Assembly (NCBI RefSeq): GCF_963921235.1
Contig: NC_086109.1
Coordinates: 87,854,001-87,918,000, forward strand
Source of the DNA: Mobula hypostoma
Taxonomy: Eukaryota
Length of the DNA: 64,000 bases
Direction of reading: 5' to 3'
Shown here: positions 1-13,130 of the stretch, piece by piece
Position numbering within the stretch: position 1 is the first letter of the stretch
Layout of the letters: the number at the start of each line of letters is the position of its first letter
Position numbers and translations under genes: made by a program
The notes under the pieces: model-generated
Database searches by the model: none
What the model saw: the letters and a program-made list of their open reading frames with translations, nothing else
What the model was told of the DNA's origin: nothing

Positions 1-1029
1 ATCAAAGGAAAGTGCAGGGAAAAGCACTGAGACTGAAAATGTGGATCTTAATGGCTCGAAAGGCCAGATGGCCCATTGTTTCTTGTCCCAGCCTCACAGT
101 TAGGCAATTAAGGCCATAAGATATAGGAGCAGAATCAGGCAATTTGTCCCACCAAGATTGCTTGCGAATTTAATTTAAATTTAGTAAATTCGAGTTATTT
201 AGTAAATCTGAAAAAAGGAAGTTGCATAACAAGGAAGCTCAGTTGTTGGTTTTAATAAATTGGTTTGCCTGTGACTATTAAGGAATGTAATCTGCTATAT
301 TTACGTGGTTTGACTTATGTGTAACTTCAGAATCAGCCGTTTGGCTGGCTGTCAAATAGTGTAGAAAGGCATCAATTTTGGGAGTAATTCAGGAGTTCTG
401 AATAAATGCTGCCTTGCTGACCCCACTGTTCACAACCTGTGAATAAATAAAATAAAAAAGACCTGGCAATTCAGATGTAAACATCTTTGAACGAGTAGTC
501 CAAGTTTACTGAGCCTTCTTTTAAAAAAAACAAATAACCCTATAAATGGGCGCATTGAATCCTAAACAAGAAAGTTGCGCCAGTCTTTTTATAAATCACT
601 GGCTTGTCCTTGGCAAGAGATTGTTGCATTCAATTTTGTTGGCCAGACTTTGCAGAGGTTGCAGAGGAGGTCTGCCAACTTGGTACCAAGGGTGAGACAT
701 TTCATGTGGAAGAAATGTGATTATTTTCTATGAAGCAAAGACAGATGAAGTAGAGCTAGAAAGTTTGTGAACCCTGTAGAATTTTCTGTATTTCTGCATA
801 AATGTGTCCTAAAATATTAACCCAATTTAACCCAATTAAATAAGTAACACAAAAACATTATACTTGGTCATTTTCTATATTGAGTTGTAGTTTATAGCCA
901 AGCAAGGAGGAGTATTGTGTACTGAATATTTCAATAATATTTGAATAATATTGCAAATATAGTGTTTGATCAAGCACTCTTTGTTTAGATAATTCATTAT
1001 GGGTTATGGATAGAGGATTGGAAAGCTTT

Positions 1030-2035
1030 TCAAAACCTACAGACAGCAACTAAAAAAATCATTAGGAGGGGAAAAGATGAAATATGAAAAAGCAAGCTAG
1101 CAAACAATATCAAAGTGGATAGTAAAAGCTTTTTCAAGTATGGAAAAAATAAAAGAAATGAGAGTAGATATAGGACCGCTAGAAAATAAGGCTGGAGAAA
1201 TAATAACAGGGGACAAGGGAATGGCACATGAACTAAATGAGTACTTTGCATCACTGTGGAAGACACTAGCAGTGTGCCAGATGTTGAATGGCGTGAGAGG
1301 AGGGAAGTGAGTACAGTTACTATTACAAGGGAGAACATGCTCAAAAAGCTGAAAGACTCATGCGTGCATAAGTCACCCAGACCAGATGAACAGCACCCTA
1401 GGGTTCTGAAAGTGGTAGCAGAAGAAATTGTGGAGATATTAATAATGATCTTTCAAAAATCATTGGACTCTTGCATGTTGTAAGAGGACTGGGAAATTGC
1501 AAATGTCACTCCACTCTTTAAGAAAGCAGGAAAGCAGCGGAAAGGAAATTATAGACCAGTTAGCCTGACCTCAGTGGTTGGGAAGATGTTGGAGCCAATT
1601 GTTAAGGATGAAGTTATGGAGTACTTAGTGACACATGACAAGATAGAACAAAGCCAGCATGGTTTCCTGAAGGGAAAATCTTGCCTGATGAACCCTGTTG
1701 ACATTCTTTGGGGAGATTACACGCAGGATAGATAAAGGAGATGCAGCAGATGTATACCTGGACTTTCAGAAGGGATTTGACAAGGTGCGACACATGAGGC
1801 TTCTTACCAAGTTAAGAGTCCATGGTACAGGTTGACCTTCACTAATCCGACTATCTGTAATCCGGTTCCTTTGATAATCCGGCACTGATTATGCTTAATG
1901 TGATCCTTCTGTAATTCGGCATTTTTACTAATCCGGCACTCCTCAGGTCCCAATGGTGCCGGATTAGTGAAGGTCGACCTGTATTACAGGAAAGTTACTA
2001 ACGTAGTTAGAGCATTGGCCGATTGGTAGGAGGCA
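1030..2035 (+). mobile_element. Degenerate CR1 RT fragment, interrupted by a MITE
   Basis: KSPRPDEQHPRVLK and NYRPVSLTSVVGK-like motifs with stops and frameshifts. Confidence 0.85.
1828..1981. mobile_element. Tigger/pogo-type MITE (154 bp) with TA TSD
   Basis: TIRs caggttgaccttcactaatccg / cggattagtgaaggtcgacctg, flanked by TA at 1826-27 and 1982-83; removing it restores the CR1 sequence catggTAttacaggaaag. Confidence 0.9.
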
Positions 2036-2044
2036 GCGATGGAT

Positions 2045-2490
2045 TGATGAGTTGGTGAATATCGTCGCTGATGAAAGTCTAACACCAGAACAAGTCTACC
2101 ATGCCGACTGTTTTTATACCTTGCATAAAACCTAAAAAAAGTTTTAAAAAAAACAAATACTATGTCCTGCAATCTTTTAATGAAAACACGGCATCGTAGG
2201 TGGAGACTGAAAGCCTACTGTTGCTTGTTGCTGTTCAACAGCTGACTCAGATATTCTCCCGAAGCCGCTGTGCTGCTTCTGTTCTCATTATATTAATGCT
2301 GTGTAATAATCTTTACTGTTAAGTACATATGTGAAATGAACAAGTGTAAGACAAGGACTGCTTACCGGTAGCACAGAAACTCAGTCGGAAATGATGACGA
2401 TCCCAAGCTATCTCATTATATATTCCAAAATCCGATAAAATCTGGAAAAACTCCAGCCCCAGGCATTTTGTCTAAGTGGTACTCACCCTG
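2045..2490 (+). mobile_element. Tigger4/Zombi-like pogo transposon remnant
   Basis: Reads ELVNIVADESLTPEQVYHAD (pogo DDE-domain start, cf. PEQIYNADETG); ends with Tigger4-like terminus gcattttgtctaagtggtactcaccctg + TA. Confidence 0.6.
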
Positions 2491-3067
2491 TATTACCGCA
2501 AATAAATTAACAAATAATAAAGTATACTCCAGAAGATTGACATTTAGAGTACGGCCAAGGTCAGCATTGAACTGAATTGAAATAGAAGACCAAACTACCA
2601 ATTGTGGATACTTAAGCTTTTGCATACATTTTCAAAATGAGGAAAAAGTCAAGTAATAGTACTTCACTAATTTATAATTTTTATGCTCAAGCTGTTCTTT
2701 TGGCTTTGGCCTGTGTGTATAATTTTATTATACTGAATAATGCTATTCACCCAAGTGATGAGACTGTTTTTACAAGGAGGTGTGTGAATGGAATTTGGGC
2801 AGTGCTGAACTTTCCTTGACCTTTAATGCAGGCTGGATTGTGATTGACTTCCATGACAGTATCTGGGTGTTCAACCTTGGTATGCAAGGGTCACCTCTTA
2901 GTTTTGTTGTTTAGGAAGTAGATTTATTTTCTTCAAGTCTGCCCCCAAACGCAGCCCTTGCATCGACTGACAACAGTGGTATATATTAAAGGCCAAAACA
3001 GTGTTACGCAATTAGCTCCCCAAAGCAATATAGTAACTACTGGCCTGGAGAGGAACAACCATCAACT

Positions 3068-3695
3068 CCAGTGCTCCGGTTGCAGCCCCTCTACACTGGT
3101 GAGACCCGTCGTAAATTGGGAGACCACTTCCTTAAGCACCACCGCACCATTCAGTACAAGGGGGACTTCCGATTCCCATTCCTGCTCCAACACGTCAGTC
3201 CATGGCCTCCTCTTGTGCCACCATGAGGCCCCACTCAGGGTGGAGGATCAACAGCTTGTATTCCATCTGGATGGTCTCTAAACTGATGGCATGAGTATTG
3301 ATCTCCCTTCCTGATAAACAAATACGCACCGCCCCTGCTTTCTATTCCCTACTCTGACCTTTCACCTCTTCTCACTTGCCTGTTACTTCCCTGGGTCCTC
3401 CCTTCCTTCCCTTTCTCCTGTTGTCCACTCTCCTCTCCAATCAGATTCGTTCTTCTCCAGCCCATGACCTTTCCCACCCCCGGCTTCACCTATCACCTTC
3501 CAGCTCGCCTCCTTCCCCTCCCCCCACCTTTTTATTCTGGCACCTCCCCTCTTTCTAGTCTGGAAGGAGGTTCTCGGCCCGAAGCGTCGCCTGTTTATTA
3601 ATTTCCATGGATGCTGCCTGACCTGCTGAGTTCCTCCAGCATTTTGTGTGTGTTGCTCTGCATTTCCAGCATCTGCAAACTTTCTTGTGTTTATC
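3068..3695 (+). mobile_element. Penelope-like element 3' fragment (GIY-YIG remnant + pLTR)
   Basis: CSGC..LYTGETRRKLGDHF and HGLLLCHHEAPLRVEDQQLVFHLDGL remnants, pyrimidine-rich UTR, degenerate hammerhead, shared tail gatgctgcctgacctgctgagttcctccagc. Confidence 0.8.
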
Positions 3696-4304
3696 ACTAA
3701 CTATATAATTTAGTTATACAGTGTACAAATTATTCAAATTATAATTGAATAATTATAATTTAAAACAGGACTGTTTTAGAGTCTGGTGGCTCTGATGTGG
3801 ATGCAGAGTTGATTTTAGTCGCTGAACCTGCCTGATAAACTGGAGTGTCTTTAAATACTACACAGTTCTGTGTCTAGTTTGATGCTGTCCTGCACTTAAT
3901 TTAGTTATTTAGAGATACAGCACAGTAACAGGACTTGCTGCTCTAACGAGCCCAATTATACCCATATGACTAATTTAACCTACTAACTTTGGGATGTGGC
4001 AGGAAACTGGAGCATTTGGAGGAAATCCACACAGTCACAAGAACATGCACAGTCTTTACAGACAATGATGGGAATTGAACCCAGGTCACTGGCACTGTAA
4101 AGCATTACCCTAACCGCCATGCTACCGTGCCACCCCAGCCATGGTCGTTTTCTGTTCATTCTTTAAACCTGCTTTGAGGTTGATTTGGAGTTTGACATTG
4201 TGGCAATGTGTCCTTTACAGTTTTTCCAAACTGTCGGTGACTGGCTTACAAAATGGCATAAAGATGAGTCTTTGCAAGCTCATGGTTGCCATTTAAATCC
4301 AATT

Positions 4305-4930
4305 GGAGATTGTTTATTGTCATTCTTCGGTACACAAGTGTAAAGGAGAATGAAATGATTGTCGCTCCAGATCTTACAGCATAAAAATACACAATAAGCA
4401 TAAAGAACAAAATAAAAACATTTAAATATAAATATATAAAATGAGCTTATGTACATTGATTGTATGTACATAAAGTGATGCTGAGCACAGGAGTGTTTGT
4501 ATGTAAAGTGCCTCTGACAGGAAATGCTGAAGTAATGGCGGTGCAGATGTTGATTAGCCCGACGGCTTGGGAACAGGACTGTTTTAGAGTCTGGTGGTTC
4601 TAATGTGGATGCTGCCTGGTCTCTTCCTTGATGAAAGTGTGACAACCAGTCCACGGGCAGGCTCAGTGGGATGCTTCATGACATTGCTCTCTGTTTTCCA
4701 GCACCTTTCTGTATAAATATCCTTGATGGCAGGTAGGCCAATGCTGGTGATGCGTTGGGCAGTTTTAACTACCATTGTTAAGCCTTCCCATTTGCCGTAG
4801 TGGAGTCTGCTGTCAGGAAAACTTATTGTTACTCCAGATCTGATGCAGCAGCAGGAAATAAAACACAATCAGATAAAAACCATAATAATAATAAAAAAAG
4901 CATAATAAATATAAATAGATCCAATAGCTT
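4305..4930 (-). mobile_element. Nested Rex1/Babar-like LINE 3' fragments
   Basis: VVKTAQRIT..LPAIKDIYTERC and RTTRL..SPVP-type C-terminal remnants plus 3' tails. Confidence 0.65.
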
Positions 4931-5685
4931 ACGTACATTGATTGTGCTGCGTGACCCCAGGGAGGATTTTCTCCTGGAGATGGAAGCTGCAGCCAGCAAA
5001 AGGCTGTTGTCAACATGTGGGAGATCGCTGCACGATATCTAGTTATAAACAGAATTCTTCTAGATAGGGTAGAATGCTAAATAGAAATAAACCAAGTTTT
5101 AGTGAAAATGAAATGAACCAGGATAATTTGGCAGGAGACCGATCAGGAACAGGGAAAAAGTTTGAAGGAAAATCATTATGTATAAAATTGTTTAAATACC
5201 AGCAGCACAATGCACCATTGACTGGTATCTCAACTGTGATTATGATTTCAGTGGTGTGTGATGAACCTTCTTCTAACCTACAAAGTGCTTTCACCAGTAA
5301 CCTTTGGTATTTCACTACTTTGGATTACCTTGAAAAGTATTTTGATACTTTACATGAGCTGTCATTGTCCATCACAGCCTTGTCTAATGTGGCAAATTGG
5401 TATACCGTTTAAGTATTTTTTTACAGCTGGAAGTTGTTATAATGGTTTCTGCTGTGACCCATTGGCCACACTTTCCTGAAGACCAAGATGAGGACAGGCA
5501 AGCACTTGAAACCTCTTCTCACCAAAGCAACAGGAAGCTATTTTGAAAATAATGTTCAGGAAATCAAGCCACATCTTGAAAGCAAAATTAATATAAAATG
5601 TAAATCAGATTATTTTTGAATGAATCCCTAATTAATAATATGTAGAAACTTTCTTTCATTTAAAGTAATACGTACACAAATCGGT

Positions 5686-6056
5686 GATGGGGAAGAGATG
5701 CATCTCTACCAAAGGAGGTGTAAGGTGCTCCTTCCCTCCGCTAGCCTGCAGGTCACCCTTGGGCAAGGTATAGCACCTGCTTAGCCCCCCAATCAGGATC
5801 ACGTGAAGCCATGGGACCAGGTGATGGATGGTCATATGAGCAGCTGGTGCAGATCACAAGTCCTGGTTATGTGACCACTGACACCAGGCAGACAATCTCT
5901 GAAGAGCACGGATAATGGCTCGGGTCACCCATCTTTGGAGACACTGCCCAGAAGGTTGCAAAGGTAAACCACTTCTGTAGAAAAACTTGCCAAGAACAAT
6001 CATGGATGTGGAAAGACCAGGATTGCCCACGTTGCACAACACAGCACCTAACGAAT
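5686..6056 (+). mobile_element. RTE-related non-autonomous retroposon (SINE-like)
   Basis: Contains aaaccacttctgtagaaaaacttgccaagaa, resembling RTE-derived SINE segments; recalled similarity only. Confidence 0.5.
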
Positions 6057-6599
6057 GGAAGATATTGTCACCCCTCAACCTTCTATGCTCCAGAGAAAAC
6101 TGAAAAAAAAGTTGCGGAGTGAAATTGGGGGAAGTGCATCTGATCTGACCCTGCTTAGCTTTTTATTTAACAGTATAATTGAATATTACTCCTAGATATT
6201 TTGAAAACATATTGATTTCCATTTATTAATTTTTGTCAGGGTGTAATTTATTTTTAAGCTAGTACTTGTCGTGAATGGCTCAGGCCAGTTATAGACCTTC
6301 TTGAGGTTTTGACCTGATATGCCAATTCCTTTTCTTCCACAGATGCTGCTGAATTCTTCAAGTAGAGTGTTGTACATCTTTCTACCTCCAGGATATGTTT
6401 ACGTACCCTTGGTCACTACATTTGCTCCACATCCCCACCCTCCACACCCCAAAATTTCTAAGTCTCTGTATCTCCTCCATATTCCTGCAACATAGTGTCA
6501 ACTAATCAAAACAAGACCTGTTATTAGAGGACCATGTTACTGGTTGGAGCAACCTTATCATTAATTACAAAACAAATACCATGTTTACATATAGAATTT

Positions 6600-6850
6600 G
6601 AGGTGGCACCTTAATGTAGCAGTTAGCATAATACTCTTAAAGCAGCAGAGGCCTAGGTTGAATTCTGCTGCTTGTCTGTAAGGAGGATGTATGTTCTCCC
6701 TGTGACCACATGGGTTTCCTACGGGTGGTGCAGTTTCCTGCCACTTTCCAAAGACAAATGAGTTAGTAGGTTAATTGGTCACATGGGTATAATTGGGCGG
6801 CACCGGCTCGTTGTGTTGGAAAGATCTGGTAACATGCCGTATCTCTAAAT
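6600..6850 (+). mobile_element. V-SINE (HE1-like tRNA-derived SINE)
   Basis: tRNA-like head followed by V-domain gttctccctgtgaccacatgggtttcct...ttccaaagac. Confidence 0.75.
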
Positions 6851-8142
6851 TTAAAAAATGGAATTTCTGCTCTATAAGTTGGCGTTATGAATAGACAATG
6901 TAGGAATAATTGTGTAATTCCAGGTTCGGTGACATTCCCACTGAGGGAAATTGATTGTCATTACACCATTTCCTGTTCTCCACTTGTTGCATTTTCTGGC
7001 AGATTCCTTTTGCTTTCATTGGGTGCAGCTGTTATATTTCCTCATCAGCCTCCTCTTTAAATAGATAATTTTTGAGTGAACTGCTGTGATGTGTCTTGCC
7101 TTCCAACTCATCACCTGATTCCTTTAATGCCAATAAACCAAAATCACAGAACTGGCGTTATCTTGTTGCTGCTTAACATTCGCAAACTGTCGGCCATGTT
7201 TCCCTCCTTTACAGTTGAAATTATACTGGCACATGAGCTTGTAGACAACATTCAGAAATCCAGTACTTTTCATTCTCGGTTAATACTTCAGTGCTGTAAA
7301 ATTTCTATTCAACTACAGAATCTGTTGACCTCATACCCCATCTGTACCCATCCACTCAATCACACGCAATCCAGAGGTCTCTAAATCCCAGCATGAAGCT
7401 TTTTTTTCGATCTGGCAGCTCGGCATTTGCTCTGAAAGTAATAGCTTACCACGGCAACTGTGCAGTATCTGGTGTCTAGCTTGCAGATGCACCCTGGGAA
7501 TAGTCCATACTCCTAAATACACATGCTGTTTTTTTTTAAATTCACTCGCATGGCTCATAGGTTGATCAATACAATCATTACTATTTAAAAAGAATATGTA
7601 ACAAAAACTATAGCCTCATTGTTATATTGCCAAACTGTAGAATAATGCTGCAGTTGATGGAAAATTTGTCTTCAGTTAGGAGCTTAACACTGATATGTTA
7701 ATTTTTAAAATGTCATTGGTATAAATAGACTTCCTTGTCAACAAAGTGTTTAATTTTTCTCCTGTCCTTTCCTTGCTCCTGTGATTGTCACCCCACCCCC
7801 CCCAGTCATCTCCACCTGCCCCCAGGTACTCATGTCGCACTTTTCCTGCCTCCTGTACCCACTTTCTGCTTGTGGCCATGGTAGCGTAATGGTTAGAGTG
7901 ATGCAACTACACCATCAGCGATCACCAATCAGGGTTCAATTCCCGTCAATGCCTATTAGGAGTTTGTACATTCTCCACGTGTCAGCGTGAATTTCTGCTG
8001 GTTGCTCCAGTTTCTTCCCAAAGGCGGGTGGGATAGGGGTTAAGTGAGTTGTAGGCTAGCTATATTGGTCCTAGGAGTGTGGCAATAATTGTCCAACACA
8101 ATCGTCTCCTGTATTATTTGACACAAACAATGCATTTCACTG

Positions 8143-8357
8143 TGTAGGGTAATGTAATTGGTGGAAAAGTACACAATTCACAACCACCAACACTGAGTTG
8201 GGGTTCACTTTAAGAGGCTGGTCTGACGTGATGACGTAATTCCGTGAAGTTATGTCACCGTGCTTTGTGTTCAGTGTTTGAGAGGACAATAAAAGAGTTG
8301 TTATGGTTTTCCTTAAGCCTAAAATGCCTCACGCTGTTTTATTTGCAAAAATCTACA
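8143..8357 (+). mobile_element. Solo LTR (215 bp, Gypsy-like) inserted in a SINE tail
   Basis: Starts TGTAG, ends CTACA, 4-bp TSD ACTG (8139-8142 / 8358-8361), AATAAA at ~8288. Confidence 0.85.
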
Positions 8358-11300
8358 ACTGTATCTTTTGATGTACACGTGACATATAAGAAACTAATCT
8401 TAGTTTATCTTCGTTCCTGCCCCCTTTCCTCCTGCACCCATAGATGCCCCAACACCCTCACCCCACATATGGATGTTCCTAAGCTCTCCACCTCCTTACT
8501 TTTCTCTTGCTCCCGTTTGCCCTTCACCCTTTCTGTACGCCCCCCCCTCCACTTTTTAGGACTCTGCCTCTTTCCGCATTATTTCATTCCCAAGTCTGTG
8601 TGCCTTACTGGTTACCACTAACAGTGACACAAAGGACCTTGTTTGTGTTTTATGCTCTTTCCCAGTTGGAAAGCGACTCCTCTGCTTAGCAACTAAGTCT
8701 AGCGGAGGACTGGGAATCATTTAAACGGCAAAGTGCCTTCACCAGAACCTTACATGCTTTTTCAATTTGACTAATTAAATTCTGATTCTTTCTGTTTTTG
8801 TTTCTTGTTATTAAATTTTAACTTCTGTTCCCGAGTGATCCAACCGCCCTTATGGAATATGATTTTGATGGTCATGCAGCCTAGGTTGTCATTACTCAAG
8901 TGTCAAATGACATGGTGGTGTTGCAGACAGTGCACCAGCCTCACTAATCCAGTGACTGGGGTTCAATCCTGTCATTGACCCATAACCCATATCCACCAAT
9001 TACTCTTGCCCACACTGCACCAAAATATGTAGATCCTGGACTGGCCTCTACAATCACCTGAGAACCCACTGACAGACAACCCATTTGGAAAACATTATAC
9101 TTGACTCAAATGATCACATTATGACTTCTACTACGACTACTAGTTTTGCACACACACCCCATGGCTGTATGAGTCTTTATCTCTCCCACCGCCCCCCCCC
9201 CCCGCCACCTTGCTCCAGTTCCCCAAAGACATGCTGGTTGCTAGGTTAATTGACCACTATAACTGAGGCTGTGGCCTACTCCTGAATTGGCTACAGTGAT
9301 GCCTGGCTTCATGTCTGTGGACTCACTTCCGTAAACTTCAGTTCTGAATGCTATTTGTGCTTACTTTTTATTGTTTGCATGGGTTGTGCTTGCTGGTATT
9401 TTTTAAATGGGGTTTATTTGGTTTCTTTCTTTGGTGGCTGCCTGTGAGGAAATGAATCTCAAGTTTGTATAAAGTATACATACTTTGATAATATATGTAC
9501 TTTAATATTGCACTTTGTGCAGGTGGCCAGTGGAAGAATCGAGGGACTTTGGTATTTGCTGTCAGTGGGTGAGATAATAGGTTGGAAGGGAGTAATTGGA
9601 GAAACTGATTGCTCTGGAAGCTGACATAGACATGATGGGCCGAGTGGTTGCTGAATTGTCATTATGAAGTATATTGATGTGGAATGTGGGCAGTTCCAGT
9701 CTACTGGATAGTGAAGGGAGTGGAACACTATTGCCCAATCCGATGAAGGCTCTCCCTTGGGTCTGCGTGTAGTTGTCACTGGCTAATGGTCAGGCCTTAA
9801 TTTTCCTTTAAGCTGAGGAAAATGTGGTCAATATAGCAACCCTCTGCAGAGTCCTAGATGAACTTTACTATCTCCATTCAAGCTAGGGAGAAATGCTGAT
9901 TTATTTCTCAAACCATTGAATGTGCTGTCCACTGAATAAGTTGTGTCAGTGAAAGTTTTATTTCTAACTCTCCCTGTTCCCTGCTTATTTTTTTTCAAAT
10001 TGGGAGAGTCTAGGACCAGAGGGCACAGCCTCTGCATACAAGAATGTTTGTTTAGAACAGAGATTAGGAGGAATTCTTCAGTAGAGGGTGGTGAATCTGT
10101 GGAATTCAGTTACACAGACGGCTGTGGAGGCCAAGTCACTGGGTATATTTAAAGCAGAGGTTGATAGGTTCTTGTTTAGTAAGGACGTCAAATGTAATGG
10201 GTAGAAGGCAGCAGAATGAGGCAATGGCGGAGTAGACTCAATGGGTCAAATGGCCTAATTCTGCTCCCATGTCTTACATAGTCATTGATTTATATGATAG
10301 AATGCAAGGCAGACATTGGCTTCACACTCTACTGCAAACTGACACCCTCAGACTGATGAGTGGGAAGTGGATGCGCTTTCCAGTTGATCGCCTTTGGGAT
10401 GAAGCTGGTCATTTTGCCTTGTGGTAGTTTACCAAGGGGTCACTGTCCCACTGGGTGTTGGTATTGTCGCAGTGAAACATATCCTGCAGTCAGGAGGTGC
10501 GTAAAAGGGATTTCCAATGCAAAGAAATCAATCTTCATGTTCTGGCTCTGGACAAAGTTGAAAGGAAACCAACTTGAAGACCTTTTCGACCTCTGCATAA
10601 GAGGAGTAGAATTAGGGCATTTAGCCCATTGAGTCTGCTCTGCCATTCGATCTTTACCCCTCTCAATCTCATTCTCCTGCCTTCTCCCCATAATCTTTGA
10701 TACCCTTACTAATCAAGAATCTATCAACCTCTGCTTTATGGCAACGAATTCCACTGACTCACCCCCGCTGGCTAATGAAACTCCTCGACCTTGTGACCAT
10801 ATTAACCCTTATTCACTTTTTTCCTCCTGCAGATGTACATTAAACAATGAGAAGCTTAACCAGAGAAAGAGACAATTCTTTATAATATTCATGAACCTTT
10901 TGAAATATCCCAGAACATTTAGTTTTTGAAGGGTCTTTAGGAAATGTACTTTCAAATGGTCATTTGGTCTGGTTTGTAGAAATTTTATTTCACTTCATGT
11001 AAACTACTGGAAAATGACTCGATTCCTGGTGCTCCTGCTTGTGAGGTCTTGATGTAACTTGACTGGCAGTCGTTGAGCATGCAACCATCAAGCACGTTAA
11101 GCATTGTTGGTTCCCCCTCTTCGTTGGGTGCCTCAGCTTATCACTAGGGCAATTACTTTAAAGCACCAATGATCACGGATTGACGTTTGATTCTGCCGCT
11201 GTCCGTAATGAGTTTGTACGTTCTCCCCATGACCAGGTGGGTTTCCTCCAGGTGCTCCAGTTTCCTTTCACGTTGCAAAGACGTACAGATTAGCAAGTTC

Positions 11301-12544
11301 TGGGCATGCTATGTTGGCACCAGAAGCATTCCAACACAATCGTTACTGACTTGATTAGACTCAAACGGCACGTTTTCATTGTATTATATCACAAAAGACG
11401 AGAAAGTCTGCCTGAAATCCAAAGCAACATAGACAGAATACTGGAGGAACTCAGCAGGTCGAGCACTGTCTATGGAAAAGAGTAAACATTCGACATTTTG
11501 GGCCAAGAACAATCTTCAGGAAGACCCTTCTTTCATTGTATGTTTTGATATAAACGCCACAAATAAAACTGACCTTTAAACCTTTCCGGTGGCACCTCTG
11601 AGCGACCTGATAATTTCCTGCCACTCACCTATAATGGAAGTTATCCCTTGCAACCTATTAACCATCATGCATTTGGGACTGGTAGGAAACCAGAGCAGCT
11701 GAGGGCAAACCCATGCAGTCAGGGAAGAACGTACAAACTCCAGACAGACAGCATCTGAGGTCGGCATCAAACCCAGTTCTCTGGAGATTTGAGGCAGCAA
11801 AACTCACCACGTCAAGTGGAAAGTGGGAGCCTTGTCAATGGTGTCCATGTGCCCATGTGCCCAATGAATACAGAATAACGTTTCCCATGTGTTTCCCTTT
11901 TGTCATTGCGTTGCTCAGTTTTCTAGGTGAAGGGCTGGGAATTATTGTTGAGTGATAGAAAAGTGAAACAGGGAAATTGCTTCACTTATATCTGGTGTTG
12001 GTTCTAAATTCTATGTCATAGAAGGAAAGAAAAAGGGAAAGAAATAACCATTGCAGTTCCAAGATCCTGGAAAATATAATTCTACTAGCGGATGATGCAA
12101 TAATTGCAGATTTACAGTAACTGAACATTGATTGTTGAGCCAGGAAATGTATAAATTCCCCTTTTATTATAACAGATCACAAATATCTGCTGTGTTGTTT
12201 TCGAAAACAAATATTATCATTTCTTCTCTGAAGTGAAGTAAATTCAGTCACAATCCTTTGTCTATAAGACATAGCAGAATTAGGCCATTCGGTCCATTAA
12301 GTTTGTCATTGCTCTTTGGCTTGATCTTGGGGCGATGTGCTGTTTTATCCTTGCTTACCACCAGTTTCAGTATTAACAGAATGCAATCATATAACATTTA
12401 GTTTGCTGATACGATGCCATTTACTCTATTAATGTGAGTTGGCTTCAGACATGTTGGCTGGATGCACAAGATTAACATCGGTGACATGCAAAAGTTCATC
12501 AAAGATGCAAATATCATGCCTCAGTGTGTTTTGACTGCACCTTT

Positions 12545-13130
12545 CGAAGTTCAAAGTAAATTCAGGATCAAATACTTATATTTTACCATATAGCACCCTG
12601 AGGTTCATTTCTTTTTCAGTAGAACAAAGAAATACAATAGAATCCATGAAAAGCTACACACAAAGACTGACAAACAACCAATGTGCAAAAGAAGACACGC
12701 TGCAAATATGAAAAAAGTAGATGAAAAATACTGAGAACATGCATTTGTAGAGTCATTGAAAGTGAGTCCATAGATTGTGGAACCAGTTGAGTTGAGGTGA
12801 TTGAAGTTGTCCATGTTGGTTCAGGAACCTGATGGTTGTAGGGCAATAATTGTTCCTGAACTTGGAGGTATGGCAGCTTTGGCCCCGGTACCTTCTTCCC
12901 AATGGGAGCAGTGAAAATAGACCACGTCCTGGCTGGCCGGGCTCCTTGACAATGGTTGTTGCCTTTTTGTGACAATGTTCTTTGCAGGTATGCTGAATGG
13001 CGTGGGGGGCTTTGCCTGTGATGGTCTGGGCTGTATCCACCACTTTTGGAAGACTTTTTCATTCCTAGGCATTGGTGTTTCCTTTCCTGGGCTTTGGTGT
13101 TTCTATCTCAGGCCATGAATCAACCAGTCA
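12545..13130 (-). mobile_element. Rex1/Babar-like LINE 3' fragment
   Basis: VDTAQTITG...LFSLLPLGRRYRGQ..TSKFRNNYCPTTIRFLN C-terminal motif and 3' UTR. Confidence 0.75.
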
